IMG/VR virus record: IMGVR_UViG_3300044729_002487
Location: 21,515-85,514 of that record
Reading direction: 5' to 3' (one strand)
Length of the DNA: 64,000 nt
From: a virus
Shown here: positions 36,153 through 46,636 of the stretch, piece by piece
How the letters are laid out: each line of letters starts with the position of its first letter
Position numbering within the stretch: position 1 is the stretch's first letter
The notes under the pieces: model-generated
Databases searched by the model: none
What the model was told of the DNA's origin: nothing
Seen by the model: the letters and a program-made list of their open reading frames with translations, nothing else
Position numbers and translations under genes: made by a program

Positions 36153-38887
36153 TGGCATTGATAGATCTTAAATCAAATTTGTCTTGGTATAGTTCAAACG
36201 GTAAGCCTCCTGGATACCGTCCAAATCCGGACAGGAGTACAACGAACTATGTTAATAACGATGATTTAACTGTTAGTGCAACACCTCGAGGATTTGATAA
36301 TAATGGTTCTGCCATTACATTTACTCCTCGTACTTCAGCAAACGAATTTTTAATAGATAATAATAGTACTAGCTTCCGTGGCAATGCTTCGCGTTTAGCT
36401 CAGTTAGGTAATGGTTCAAAATTTCCATTAGGTCCTCAAGGCCAAGTATTTGAATTTGATAGACCGCGTACAGGGTTTAATGTAAAAACAAAGTATAGCG
36501 AGACATTTAGTGCATTGTCAAATGCTGGATTGGCAGATACGTATGTATTACGAAAGCCAATTGATGCAATGTATAATAAATTTAAAGTGCGAGATCAAGT
36601 ATATAATCCATACGGCGATCCAGCGCCACCATTTATTTTACGAGGTATACAGAAAGATGATAGCATAGATCCGGAACGATATGGACCAGCCGGATTTTCG
36701 CCTGATACACCTCGAGGTGGACCAATCACTGCTGCATTGCGAGCTGAATTAGATGTTGAACGTATTCGTAAGTTTATGGCTCGGCCGGCCGGACAATGGT
36801 TTATAGCTAAACAAAATCAGTTGCATTTAATGTATCCTAATAGGGAAGGTGTTGATGGTAGACCTCAATCGCCTGCATATAATGCTAACTCACCAAAGGT
36901 ATTCGATGTACAGAACTTAATTAATCAAGTTGGTAAAGTATGGAAAGGCGAACATGATCGTAAACATGGTCAGTTTCCATATGATACTCCTGGGTTCTTG
37001 CCATTTCCTCCTTCACCGCCATCTAATTACGAGGATATTCATAAAGAACGTAATATAGGTCTAACACAGTCAGGTAGACGTGTATCGCCTACATTAAATA
37101 ACCGTTTGGTAATTTTGCGTCGCGAATCAATGTGGGATTCAAAAACCGGTTGGATTGAAGGTACTGGATTAGGACAAGGATTTGGAAACTTATCGGATAA
37201 ATTAGGACCAAATTCAATAACATTTGATGGACAGGTTAAAGATACGATTGTTCGTCGATGGGTATCTACAATACCAAATGCAACAGCTGAAATTCCTATA
37301 GGTGGTCAGTACGGTGTTGGAATAACAGCGAAATTTTCTAGCTATCGTGCAAATTTATATTCATATCTATTTCCATATTATTCTCGTACTATAACATTAA
37401 ATACATTCGGTATTCGATTTAGGGCAGAAGGTAAAAATACAGATTTAGAAGGACCATACAAAGGAAGAGATTCGTTAGAGCGTCGATATACAAAATTATT
37501 ATCTGATAGCAATCGTAAATGGAATGCTCATGAAAATGATCGTGACTTTATCGCTCAACCATATGATGGCGATAGAAGAGTTCGTCCGGATGATATTATC
37601 GATCCTCAATCATATTCATTGATACAAAAAGGTAATGATTTAAGATTAAATGCTGGCCCTGGTCGTGACAAAATTGTTGATTTCAGAGCCGGTCGTTTAA
37701 GTAAATCAAATGAAATAAAAGAAGATCCGTATACAGCATTTAGATTTGAATCGGATACTGCTCATAACCCTGGTACTGTTGAACGTAATGAAAGTATGCT
37801 TCGATTATTACGTGAGGATATTAAAACAGGTGATACAGCACCAGATGGTGTACGTGGTAAATTTAATGGTAGAGGAATTACTCATAGAGCTATAAACGAT
37901 GGCCCAAATGATGCATCAAAAGTGCAAGAACGAGATCCGATTACCGGTAAATGGAAAACACCAACAGAAGCTCAGTCAAGTCGTACGTCAGAAGATGAAT
38001 ACATTGCACTAGGACAGGCAGCCAGAGATCGAAGAGAGAATGCTAATACTGTTTTAGATTTCCGCGAAGATCCTACAAATAAGGGTGAACGATATAATGC
38101 ATATATAGGAATCAATACTGGAGATGAAGGTACTACAGATACATCATATCAACGTATTAAAGGTAAAGATTTTGACGGATTTAGAGATCCTCAAAAAACA
38201 GTACCAGATAGAAATCCAGCAACAGCTGAACCGCCATCCGAAGGAAATATCTCATTGCAAAAATATAAAACAATGAGATATGATCAAATTCGTAGCACAG
38301 CTGGATCTAGACAATTAAATTATAAAAATCCACAGATAGTGGATTTCCGTAAGGCCGGAGCGAAATTAGAAGCGAAATTAGCAAGATATAATGAACAAGT
38401 AAATACATCAGAACTAGTTCCATTTAAAATTGGTAGTTTATCTTTTAAAGCATATATAACATCTATCTCGGATAATTTCTCTGCCGGATTAAATGGAGAG
38501 TCAGATCAGAACAGAGCAGATCCTAGATATTTATATACAAGCTTTGAAAGGTCTGTTAGTATTTCATTTATAATTGCATATGAAAAATCTAATGAATCGC
38601 CATGGGAAAAGATACGACAGTTAGCGCAATATTCATTACCTGGGTATGGTGGAGGACCATGGGCACAAGCTGTTAATGTTACAATTGGTAAATTATATCG
38701 AAATATACCAATGACGATGGAATCTATCAGCTATGATTGGGATAATGAAACACCGTGGTCATTAAAAGATGATCAGGCAAATATTGAAGATGGATTACCG
38801 ATGTATACAAATGTTGATATACAGTTTAAATATCTTGGTAATGTTAAACCTGCAAAAGGTAAAGGTTATGTATTGTATGGTAAATAA
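36152..38887 (+). CDS. Large baseplate/tube-initiator-like protein
   Basis: C-terminal FKAYITSISDNFSA...RADPRYLYTSFERSVSISF...VTIGKLY...YDWD..TPW resembles contractile-tail tube initiator domains. Confidence 0.55.
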   Translation: MALIDLKSNLSWYSSNGKPPGYRPNPDRSTTNYVNNDDLTVSATPRGFDNNGSAITFTPRTSANEFLIDNNSTSFRGNASRLAQLGNGSKFPLGPQGQVFEFDRPRTGFNVKTKYSETFSALSNAGLADTYVLRKPIDAMYNKFKVRDQVYNPYGDPAPPFILRGIQKDDSIDPERYGPAGFSPDTPRGGPITAALRAELDVERIRKFMARPAGQWFIAKQNQLHLMYPNREGVDGRPQSPAYNANSPKVFDVQNLINQVGKVWKGEHDRKHGQFPYDTPGFLPFPPSPPSNYEDIHKERNIGLTQSGRRVSPTLNNRLVILRRESMWDSKTGWIEGTGLGQGFGNLSDKLGPNSITFDGQVKDTIVRRWVSTIPNATAEIPIGGQYGVGITAKFSSYRANLYSYLFPYYSRTITLNTFGIRFRAEGKNTDLEGPYKGRDSLERRYTKLLSDSNRKWNAHENDRDFIAQPYDGDRRVRPDDIIDPQSYSLIQKGNDLRLNAGPGRDKIVDFRAGRLSKSNEIKEDPYTAFRFESDTAHNPGTVERNESMLRLLREDIKTGDTAPDGVRGKFNGRGITHRAINDGPNDASKVQERDPITGKWKTPTEAQSSRTSEDEYIALGQAARDRRENANTVLDFREDPTNKGERYNAYIGINTGDEGTTDTSYQRIKGKDFDGFRDPQKTVPDRNPATAEPPSEGNISLQKYKTMRYDQIRSTAGSRQLNYKNPQIVDFRKAGAKLEAKLARYNEQVNTSELVPFKIGSLSFKAYITSISDNFSAGLNGESDQNRADPRYLYTSFERSVSISFIIAYEKSNESPWEKIRQLAQYSLPGYGGGPWAQAVNVTIGKLYRNIPMTMESISYDWDNETPWSLKDDQANIEDGLPMYTNVDIQFKYLGNVKPAKGKGYVLYGK

Positions 38888-38895
38888 GGAGTGAT

Positions 38896-39195
38896 ATGGC
38901 AGTAATGAATAGATATTTATTTTCGACAAAAACGGCAAATGGTCGGTTTGAAACTGTACGTATGCCTAAACCATCTGTTGAACCAGAGGACAAATATATA
39001 ATTACTCGCGAAGGTGACCGTTTTGATTTATTAGCACAGGAGTTTTATCAAGATGTTGCGTTATGGTGGTTCATTGCAGTTGCAAATGATATTAGACCTG
39101 CATCGATGATAGTTCCGGTAGGTATACAATTACGTATACCAGCTAACTTAGATTATTTAGGAAGACAGTTAGAAAAAGCAGAAAAGGATAAATAA
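38896..39195 (+). CDS. LysM-like baseplate wedge protein (gp53/P2 gpX-like)
   Basis: ITREGDRFDLLAQEFYQDVALWWFIAVAN...GIQLRIP. Confidence 0.85.
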   Translation: MAVMNRYLFSTKTANGRFETVRMPKPSVEPEDKYIITREGDRFDLLAQEFYQDVALWWFIAVANDIRPASMIVPVGIQLRIPANLDYLGRQLEKAEKDK

Positions 39196-39196
39196 A

Positions 39197-40993
39197 ATGC
39201 CAAGTAACATTTTCAATAGAGGCCCGGCTCCGCAGCCACCTGGAGGAAGTGGTGGTGTTGGATATTCATTGCGTTCAAATGGTTATGCATCGGTTGGATT
39301 TGCTGGAGGCGGTCCTGATAGTCCATTAGTTGCAATGGGAGGCGGAAAAGGTCGACCGGTAGCGACATTGAAATCGGTTAAAGTGACATTGGAAGGTGAG
39401 GCTGGTTCATTACGCCGCGGTGAATTTGTCGTGGTTGTATATAACGCATCTGAATTAGAAACAGTATTAACCGGTATTGGAAAGATCGGATGTTCTGTTA
39501 CATATACAATAGGACGTTCAGGCCCAGGAGCAGGCGCTGGTAATTCTTGGACATTAGTTAACTATAAAAACTCATTTCAAAGTGATAAAGATGGCCGATA
39601 TACAATAACTGTACAATCAGTTGGTAAAGGTAATGAAATACTTAAGAAAGATGGTATTGCATTACCAAATGGCGGTAAAGGTCGTAAATTTAAAAAGTTT
39701 GCATCATTCTTTGGTTTTCCGTTTATTGAAGAAGTTGGAATAACTAGTTTGATAGATTGGATGTTATGGGAGGCATTAGATGGAACGATAGCCGGATTTC
39801 CATTATTACTATCACCGGATTCTGGAACAGGAGATGGGTCAAATTATGTACAATTCATAGCACCTACAGGAGTTGCTGCTTCAATGGCTCCCGAATCTAA
39901 GGTCGGTGTCGGTGCTAATCGATTAGTATACTTTTCATTAAAATTTATTATTGATAATATTAATAAAGGATTGCCAGCTGGTGCTAAACCAATTAAATTA
40001 GATGCACAAACTGAAACACAGATTGGAGGTGTACATTTAATATCAGGCGACCCATTGAACGTATTAATAAAAAATGATCCGCATACAGATTATCCAGCTG
40101 GTACTCCTCCTACAGCAACTCAGGTAATTAGTGATTTAATTGCTTCGTTGTTAGGAGTGCCAAGTGGTATTTTTACATCTGCTGCGCAAATGGCACCAGT
40201 ACAAGGCGGCGGCGCGGATTGTGGTAACATATACATATCATATGCAGCATTAAAATCTATTGAAACGTCATTAGGTGGTGGACAAAAATCGGCGGCCCAA
40301 AAACGTCAAGAAGCATTAGAAGATAACGTTGCAACTAAAATGACATTGGAAGGATTTTTATCGTCTATTTTTGGAATAATTTCAGAAGCTACCGGCGGTT
40401 GGATTGAATTAGATTTTGTACAAGATCCGGCAGCCTGGGTTGCTGGTGAGCGAGATGCTCAAATTGTCATTATCAATAAAAAGGATAAACTCAATCCTGC
40501 TAGCGAAGCTGTATATGATGATGTATCAGGTGAGGGTGGTGTACGTGAAGCAACTATTAATGGAGACGTTCCGGAAGGATGGCAGGCAGAGGCATTTGGT
40601 CAGGCCGGCGTATCATCCGGATGTGATGTTAAAGTAGAAAAAACTAAAACAGAAAAACCAGACTTTTTAGCATTGAAATCTGATTTAGCTAATATGGGAT
40701 ATGATGCTTCTCAAGCCGGCGGTTTAAAAGCGGCATTAAGAAAAACGTTGTCAGATATTGATAATGCAGAAGCAGCGAATAAAACAAATAGACCATATCC
40801 AATTGGAGTGGCTGTGACATTGAATGGTGTACATGGAATTGAGTTTGGTCATAACTTCACCATTTCATCATTATCACCTACTAGATGGGGAGCCTCACCA
40901 AAAACGACGTTTATGGTTACACGAGTCGAACATACCGTCGAAGGACAAGATTGGGTAACAGTATTAACATCAACAGCTAAACTAACAACATAA
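39197..40993 (+). CDS. Putative baseplate hub protein (gp27-like)
   Basis: Position after the LysM gene; C-terminal VTLNGVHGIEFG...FMVTRVEHTVEGQDWVT. Confidence 0.55.
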   Translation: MPSNIFNRGPAPQPPGGSGGVGYSLRSNGYASVGFAGGGPDSPLVAMGGGKGRPVATLKSVKVTLEGEAGSLRRGEFVVVVYNASELETVLTGIGKIGCSVTYTIGRSGPGAGAGNSWTLVNYKNSFQSDKDGRYTITVQSVGKGNEILKKDGIALPNGGKGRKFKKFASFFGFPFIEEVGITSLIDWMLWEALDGTIAGFPLLLSPDSGTGDGSNYVQFIAPTGVAASMAPESKVGVGANRLVYFSLKFIIDNINKGLPAGAKPIKLDAQTETQIGGVHLISGDPLNVLIKNDPHTDYPAGTPPTATQVISDLIASLLGVPSGIFTSAAQMAPVQGGGADCGNIYISYAALKSIETSLGGGQKSAAQKRQEALEDNVATKMTLEGFLSSIFGIISEATGGWIELDFVQDPAAWVAGERDAQIVIINKKDKLNPASEAVYDDVSGEGGVREATINGDVPEGWQAEAFGQAGVSSGCDVKVEKTKTEKPDFLALKSDLANMGYDASQAGGLKAALRKTLSDIDNAEAANKTNRPYPIGVAVTLNGVHGIEFGHNFTISSLSPTRWGASPKTTFMVTRVEHTVEGQDWVTVLTSTAKLTT

Positions 40994-40994
40994 T

Positions 40995-41735
40995 ATGAAA
41001 TCATTTAAAAAGCCAATATACGTTGATCAGGATGAAATACAAATTGGAATTACCTTAGGCGGTGAATTCATGTATGGTGATACATTACAAGAATACTTCG
41101 GTGAGATTCATGTGTACCCAAACGGTGCGGTTTATTCTGATGCAGAATATAATGTGAAAACAAGTAGACAATTATTGCCATTGATAAAGCCGTTACAGAA
41201 TCCTATATGCCAGACGTACCTGCAATTGAAAAAAATATTAATGAATCGTCATACACCACCGACTCAATATTTTGTTACATTATCAGCTGAGAATTATAAA
41301 ATTGGTAAATTTTTAAGATTCTTTATTCAGAAAATAAATGAACGTGAAAAAATATATGAAGTAGATGAAGAAACTTTTAAAGCGTATAATCGATCTAATC
41401 AACCTGGTCCTAATGCATTTTTATACAGACGTGACATTATTCAATGGCAATTAACTGGTGATATTGATCTTATCTATAAATTGAATTCTCAAGCAATTCA
41501 AACCGCTGAAAAAACATTACCGGGTATCGGAACATACTTGTTAACTGATGCTACTGAATTTGCTAAAATACCATATACCGGTCCGCGTAATAATTTGTTT
41601 ACTGCTGGCGGTTTATTAAAAAATGCCGATGGAATGACATTTGTAGGTGCATATCATGTCCGTGACGATGGCAATACATATGAAGGTGCGGTTCAAATTA
41701 GTGGAGTAAATCGTCAATTATTTCCTGTAGAATAA
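40995..41735 (+). CDS. Hypothetical baseplate-region protein
   Basis: Two TxGG...GxYH-like units; YKIGKFLRFFIQK. Confidence 0.55.
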   Translation: MKSFKKPIYVDQDEIQIGITLGGEFMYGDTLQEYFGEIHVYPNGAVYSDAEYNVKTSRQLLPLIKPLQNPICQTYLQLKKILMNRHTPPTQYFVTLSAENYKIGKFLRFFIQKINEREKIYEVDEETFKAYNRSNQPGPNAFLYRRDIIQWQLTGDIDLIYKLNSQAIQTAEKTLPGIGTYLLTDATEFAKIPYTGPRNNLFTAGGLLKNADGMTFVGAYHVRDDGNTYEGAVQISGVNRQLFPVE

Positions 41736-41767
41736 TTTGGTACTCTGAAAAAAAGTTATTATATTTA
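41736..41767 (+). promoter_or_regulatory. Bacteroidota-type promoter, near-leaderless, for the PolA-like gene
   Basis: TTTG 41736-39, N20, TATATTTA 41760-67; ATG at 41772. Confidence 0.7.
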
Positions 41768-41771
41768 TGTA

Positions 41772-43121
41772 ATGGTTATAGTAGAGAATAGTACGGATCT
41801 TAAATATCTGCAAAATTGTATAAAAGAGCATGATAGTTTCTGGATTCCTGTCTATTCAGATGTATATAAACATTATACGGCTAATCAATTAAGTTTCATT
41901 TATATCTATTGTATACATCATGATGAGGATTACATTTTACCTCTCCGTCATTACGATTGTTTGAGCCTCAATACCGAACATGTACAACAGCTTACAAGTC
42001 AGGCTGATATCTTTGTATTAGCCAAGAAACGGTTTAAAAAGTTCTATTCCGGAAAATGTTATGATGCTGATATGGTTGCATGGTGGCAAACCCATTCAAT
42101 GCTACCTTTAAATGATACAAATACCATGGCTCATGATGTATGGAATCGGTGGTGGCATAATGAAACTAATATAAATGATTGGTTACCAATTACAAGACAT
42201 ATTGAACGATGTCGTGCAATGCGAGATGAGTTTATGCGGTCGTATCATACATTTGAAATCAGCGAGGCCTTTAAATCATATGAGGCAATGACGATTGATA
42301 ATTTTTTTGCAATTGAACAGAATGGATTGCGAGTTGATAAAACAATGTTTACAGAAAAATTTCAAACCAATGGTATCAATGATAATAAAGTTTTTACAGA
42401 GTATAATTTGTATACTACAACGGGACGACCTTCTAACAAGTTTGGCGGTGTTAATTACGCGGCTTTAAACAAAGAGGATGAATCGCGTAAATCATTTGTA
42501 TCGCGATTTGAACGAGGAATGTTATTGGAATATGACTATGATTCATTTCATGTGCGATTAATAGCCGATCAAATAGGATTTGATTTACCAGATGGTTCTA
42601 TACATGAATATTTTGGACGTCAATATTTTGGTAAAGATGAATTAACAACGGAAGAATATGAACAATCTAAACAGATTACCTTTCGTTTGTTATATGGAGG
42701 TATAGATAAAGACTTTGCGGAAATACCTTTTTTTAGAGAAGTTAAATCATATGTATCCGCATTATGGCGTATGTATAAAAAGAATGGTTATGTGACAACA
42801 CCATACTTTAAACGGCCAATGTATGCAGAACATTTGCATGAAATGAATCCGAACAAATTGTTTAACTATGTGTTACAGGCATCAGAGACAGAGCATAATT
42901 TAGATACAATAAACAATATCAATGAAGCATTACAGCCATATCAAAGTCGATTGATTTTATATACATATGACTCTATGATGATTGATTACAGTTTATCAGA
43001 TGGTAAAGACCTTATAATAACTTTAAAAAATGTTATTTCAGAAAATGGTAGATATCCAGTTAAAATTAAAGCTGGTGTGAATTATCATGACATGAAAGAC
43101 ATGACTTCACGTGCAATTTAA
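41772..43121 (+). CDS. Family A DNA polymerase-like protein (short)
   Basis: TTTGRPS, motif A LLEYDYDSFHVRL, motif B SKQITFRLLYGG, NYVLQASE, motif C LYTYDS. Confidence 0.8.
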   Translation: MVIVENSTDLKYLQNCIKEHDSFWIPVYSDVYKHYTANQLSFIYIYCIHHDEDYILPLRHYDCLSLNTEHVQQLTSQADIFVLAKKRFKKFYSGKCYDADMVAWWQTHSMLPLNDTNTMAHDVWNRWWHNETNINDWLPITRHIERCRAMRDEFMRSYHTFEISEAFKSYEAMTIDNFFAIEQNGLRVDKTMFTEKFQTNGINDNKVFTEYNLYTTTGRPSNKFGGVNYAALNKEDESRKSFVSRFERGMLLEYDYDSFHVRLIADQIGFDLPDGSIHEYFGRQYFGKDELTTEEYEQSKQITFRLLYGGIDKDFAEIPFFREVKSYVSALWRMYKKNGYVTTPYFKRPMYAEHLHEMNPNKLFNYVLQASETEHNLDTINNINEALQPYQSRLILYTYDSMMIDYSLSDGKDLIITLKNVISENGRYPVKIKAGVNYHDMKDMTSRAI

Positions 43122-43143
43122 TATTTATTAAAAAAGTTTATCT

Positions 43144-44484
43144 ATGGATTTTGATGTAATAGTAAAAGAATGGTTTTACAGACTACCTAAAGGTTATGCC
43201 GACGCGCCATATACTGAAGAAGAGTTGGCTGTTCTAGACGAAGTATTAAATGAGCAAGGTGTTGTATTAACAGAAGTTGATGAATTAGATCAAGCATTTT
43301 TAGATGCACAGCCGGTTAAAAATACATCAAAAAAAGATATTACAGAAGCACCTAAAGCAAAAGGATCTCGAATACCATATTCTGTCCGCGATCGAGAAGA
43401 ATTAGAAATCAAGACAAAAGAAGATATTGCTGCTATTTTAGCATCACCCGATTCAGATATATCACCTCAAGTACTAGCTCGTATTGCAAAATTATTAGTA
43501 CGTACCGGCGCTGGTGAAAATATAATACGTGAAAATGTTAAAAAATATTTAGGACGAGATGCATCTCATGCCGAAGAAGTATTAGATGTAATGCTCGATG
43601 GTAAGACAGATGAAGTTAAATTAGCATCATATCTTGAAAATCGTACAGTGGAATATACAGAATTTTTAGATAAACCGACTAGCTGGGAAACTGCGTTTAA
43701 AGAAACTGGATTATCAAAACAAGCGCTTGGCGATTTAGTTGAGTTTAAATGGTCTGCAAATCCAAATTTAGGAATTGCCGAAGTTGCATTGGCTATATTA
43801 TTATCGGGCGGTACTCGTCCAATTAAAAAAGGCGATTTATTAGTAAATGGTAAACCATTTGAAGTCGGCGGTATAGGAAAACGATTGAAAGGTCAGTCTG
43901 GGTTTGGAGGTGCAAACGATATACGCAATGGATTTATCAAAACATATTCAAAATTAGTACGAGATATTCAACAAGATCAAGGATCATTTTCTGGTATAAC
44001 ACGTACGAGAGAAGACGCGATACAGATCCCAACAGATACAAAATCATGGGGTACAGCATGGATGACTACTATACAAACAATACATAAAAATTTATTAAGT
44101 TATTTAGTTGATGAAGATTTAGAACGGATGCGTGAATTTTTTGCTGAGGCATTGGCTAAATCTTTAACATATCTTTTTCAAAACGAAACTACTGAAAATG
44201 TTTATAAATGGGTTTTACCGTTGATCAATGATGATGGTACTATTAATGAGGATGAATTCAAGCGTGAATTTATGATACAAAATTTACTTTATTATATTAA
44301 TATAGAAACTGGTGATGATAAATCAAATTATTTCGTATTAACTGATTATGATAATCTAATGATATTTGAAACGTCACGAGAAGGTATTGAACGCGTTTTA
44401 AAACATATTGAATTATATTCTATGGCATCATTTACACCAGGTGCTGCATCTGGAATAGCAACAGGAATAGCTTTAAAGCAATGA
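43144..44484 (+). CDS. Hypothetical protein with PD-(D/E)xK-like segment
   Basis: GIAEVALAILL...KGDLLVNGKPFEVGG, where the expected E-x-K reads E-V-G; late motif upstream. Confidence 0.5.
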   Translation: MDFDVIVKEWFYRLPKGYADAPYTEEELAVLDEVLNEQGVVLTEVDELDQAFLDAQPVKNTSKKDITEAPKAKGSRIPYSVRDREELEIKTKEDIAAILASPDSDISPQVLARIAKLLVRTGAGENIIRENVKKYLGRDASHAEEVLDVMLDGKTDEVKLASYLENRTVEYTEFLDKPTSWETAFKETGLSKQALGDLVEFKWSANPNLGIAEVALAILLSGGTRPIKKGDLLVNGKPFEVGGIGKRLKGQSGFGGANDIRNGFIKTYSKLVRDIQQDQGSFSGITRTREDAIQIPTDTKSWGTAWMTTIQTIHKNLLSYLVDEDLERMREFFAEALAKSLTYLFQNETTENVYKWVLPLINDDGTINEDEFKREFMIQNLLYYINIETGDDKSNYFVLTDYDNLMIFETSREGIERVLKHIELYSMASFTPGAASGIATGIALKQ

Positions 44485-44495
44485 TGAGGAGATGA

Positions 44496-44882
44496 GTGAA
44501 AACACAATTGTTATGCACATTTGCACATAAAAAAGATTTAGAACTGATAGTTGATTATGTGACTAAATCATATACAATATCTGAACGGAGAATGTTTGTA
44601 TTTTCTGATGCTGATAATCGCAATGATCTGTATGTCACATTTAATATAGAAGCAACAGGATATAGTAAAACACCAAATACAATTTCAATACATCGTAAAA
44701 AAGAAACAAATACATTGTATACAGTTAACGCATTGAATACAATTATACGTAATGCAAATAATGGTTTGTTAGATAAAGCGTTTATGGTTGATTGGACATT
44801 GTACCGCAACTCATTGCTATTGACAAATGAAGAAGCGTTGCGTAAAATTCAATTGCAATTGGTGCGTAGAATTGATTTGTAA
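44496..44882 (+). CDS. Hypothetical protein
   Basis: GTG start with SD GAGGAG; QLLCTF...TISIHRKKETNTLYTVNALN. Confidence 0.65.
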   Translation: MKTQLLCTFAHKKDLELIVDYVTKSYTISERRMFVFSDADNRNDLYVTFNIEATGYSKTPNTISIHRKKETNTLYTVNALNTIIRNANNGLLDKAFMVDWTLYRNSLLLTNEEALRKIQLQLVRRIDL

Positions 44883-44909
44883 TGATATTTATAATAAATA
44901 GGAAATGAT

Positions 44910-45167
44910 ATGAATTTAAAATCGCAATACAAAAGATTATTTGAAGGCAAAGCAAGATCTAATGATCAGAAAATCTTAAAAGAAGATTATTCAACAATGC
45001 GATTAAAGTCTAACATTGATATGAAATGGTCAGATAAACAAGCTATGATTGATGATATGACTCAATGGTTAGAAAGCGTTTATGCTTCTGGAGGTGAAGA
45101 TACTTATGATGACATCATAGAAGCTTTGCAATATTTGATTGATAACTTCGAGCCATCAGGAATTTAA
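44910..45167 (+). CDS. Putative internal head protein
   Basis: Leader MNLKSQYKRLFEGKARSNDQKILKE; late motif at 44885. Confidence 0.6.
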   Translation: MNLKSQYKRLFEGKARSNDQKILKEDYSTMRLKSNIDMKWSDKQAMIDDMTQWLESVYASGGEDTYDDIIEALQYLIDNFEPSGI

Positions 45168-45168
45168 T

Positions 45169-45705
45169 ATGAAATTGAAAACATTACTTCGTGAAGCCAA
45201 TGAAAATCCAATGTTAAAAGAATTGGAGCAACGTTTGAAATCACATGACTGGTGGTATCAATATAGCGATGATCATAGATATTGGGTTCGAGGTGGACAA
45301 GAAATGGATGCTATACGAAAACTAGTTGCTCAGATTAATGAAGCTGGTTTGGAAAAAGAAGGTGAAGCAATTTGGAAAAAAACAGCACCAGATGATTTTA
45401 AATCATGGTATCCTAAAAAATTAAAGGAGGCAACTCATCCAATCGGTTCATTAGGTCGTGACATGAGTACTACACCTAACCCAAATATATCGCGCGCGGA
45501 GTATGAAGCAGATGTTAAGCTTTGGTCATCTAAAGCTGTAGAGTTTGAAAAGATAAAAAAAAATCTTGAAAGTCGTTTAAAGCGTACTAAAAACCCGAAT
45601 CATAAAGAAACGTTAGAAGGCGAAATTGAATACGTGCAAGACCAAATTGATACGTTTGAAGGCATGGTTTATGACCTGCGACGCATTATAAAAAATATAA
45701 AATAA
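45169..45705 (+). CDS. Putative internal head protein (start revised to MKLKTLLRE)
   Basis: HDWWYQYSDDHRYW domain; internal KLKE-A site. Confidence 0.6.
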   Translation: MKLKTLLREANENPMLKELEQRLKSHDWWYQYSDDHRYWVRGGQEMDAIRKLVAQINEAGLEKEGEAIWKKTAPDDFKSWYPKKLKEATHPIGSLGRDMSTTPNPNISRAEYEADVKLWSSKAVEFEKIKKNLESRLKRTKNPNHKETLEGEIEYVQDQIDTFEGMVYDLRRIIKNIK

Positions 45706-45769
45706 AACTAATACAACCAAATTAACAATTAACAAATAAAAACTTTTTTCAAACTTTTTTCATAAATGT

Positions 45770-45801
45770 CTTGGTACATTGAAATAAAGTTTATATATTT
45801 A
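45770..45801 (+). promoter_or_regulatory. Bacteroidota-type promoter for the SSB operon
   Basis: CTTG-N20-TATATTTA. Confidence 0.65.
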
Positions 45802-45839
45802 ATCAATATTAATTATTAACTTAAAAAAAGGAGTAAAAA

Positions 45840-46625
45840 ATGGCAATTGATTTAGATGCAATTAAACGTAAACTTAGCCAGTTACAAACAGTAGGCACCC
45901 GCCAAAACAATCTTTGGAAACCTGAACCAGGTAAGCAAACAATTCGAATCGTACCTTATCAATACGACAAAGAAAATCCATTTCAAGAATTGTATTTCCA
46001 TTATGATTTAGGCAAGAAAAATTTCTTATCACCTGTTACTTATGGTAAACCAGATCCGGTAGTTGAATTCGCTGAGAAATTAAAATCATCAGGTAATTCA
46101 GATGAATGGAAGCTAGGTAAGAAGCTTGAACCGAAAATGAGAACATATGTTCCTATCATTGTTCGTGGTAAAGAATCTGAAGGAGTGAAGTTCTGGGGAT
46201 TTGGTAAAACTGTGTATACAGAGTTGTTAGGATTTATCGCAGATCCGGATTACGGTGATCTTTCAGATCCAATGAATGGTAGAGATATCGTCATTGAATT
46301 TGTTCCGGCAGAAGGAGGAGCATATCCTAAAACTACTATACGAGTTAAACCTAATGCAACACCATTAACAGAAGATAAGAATGTTGCAACAATGGTAGCC
46401 AAAAATCAGCAAAGCTTAGGTGACATCTTTAAAGAGCCAACCTACGATGAATTGAAGGAGGCTTTAGAGAAATGGTTAGATCCAGAGGCAACAGAAGAGG
46501 CTCCTGCAGCTGCTGCAAATGATTTCGAAGATGATTTCGATGCAGAACCAAAATCAAATGCGAAACCACCAGTAAATAAAGTGGATGATGTTTCGTCTGC
46601 ATTTGATGCGTTATTTAACGATTAA
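45840..46625 (+). CDS. Single-stranded DNA-binding protein (T4 gp32-like)
   Basis: WKPEPGKQTIRIVP, GVKFWGFGKTVY, D..NGRDI, acidic tail ending AFDALFND. Confidence 0.88.
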   Translation: MAIDLDAIKRKLSQLQTVGTRQNNLWKPEPGKQTIRIVPYQYDKENPFQELYFHYDLGKKNFLSPVTYGKPDPVVEFAEKLKSSGNSDEWKLGKKLEPKMRTYVPIIVRGKESEGVKFWGFGKTVYTELLGFIADPDYGDLSDPMNGRDIVIEFVPAEGGAYPKTTIRVKPNATPLTEDKNVATMVAKNQQSLGDIFKEPTYDELKEALEKWLDPEATEEAPAAAANDFEDDFDAEPKSNAKPPVNKVDDVSSAFDALFND

Positions 46626-46636
46626 GGAGTTACATT

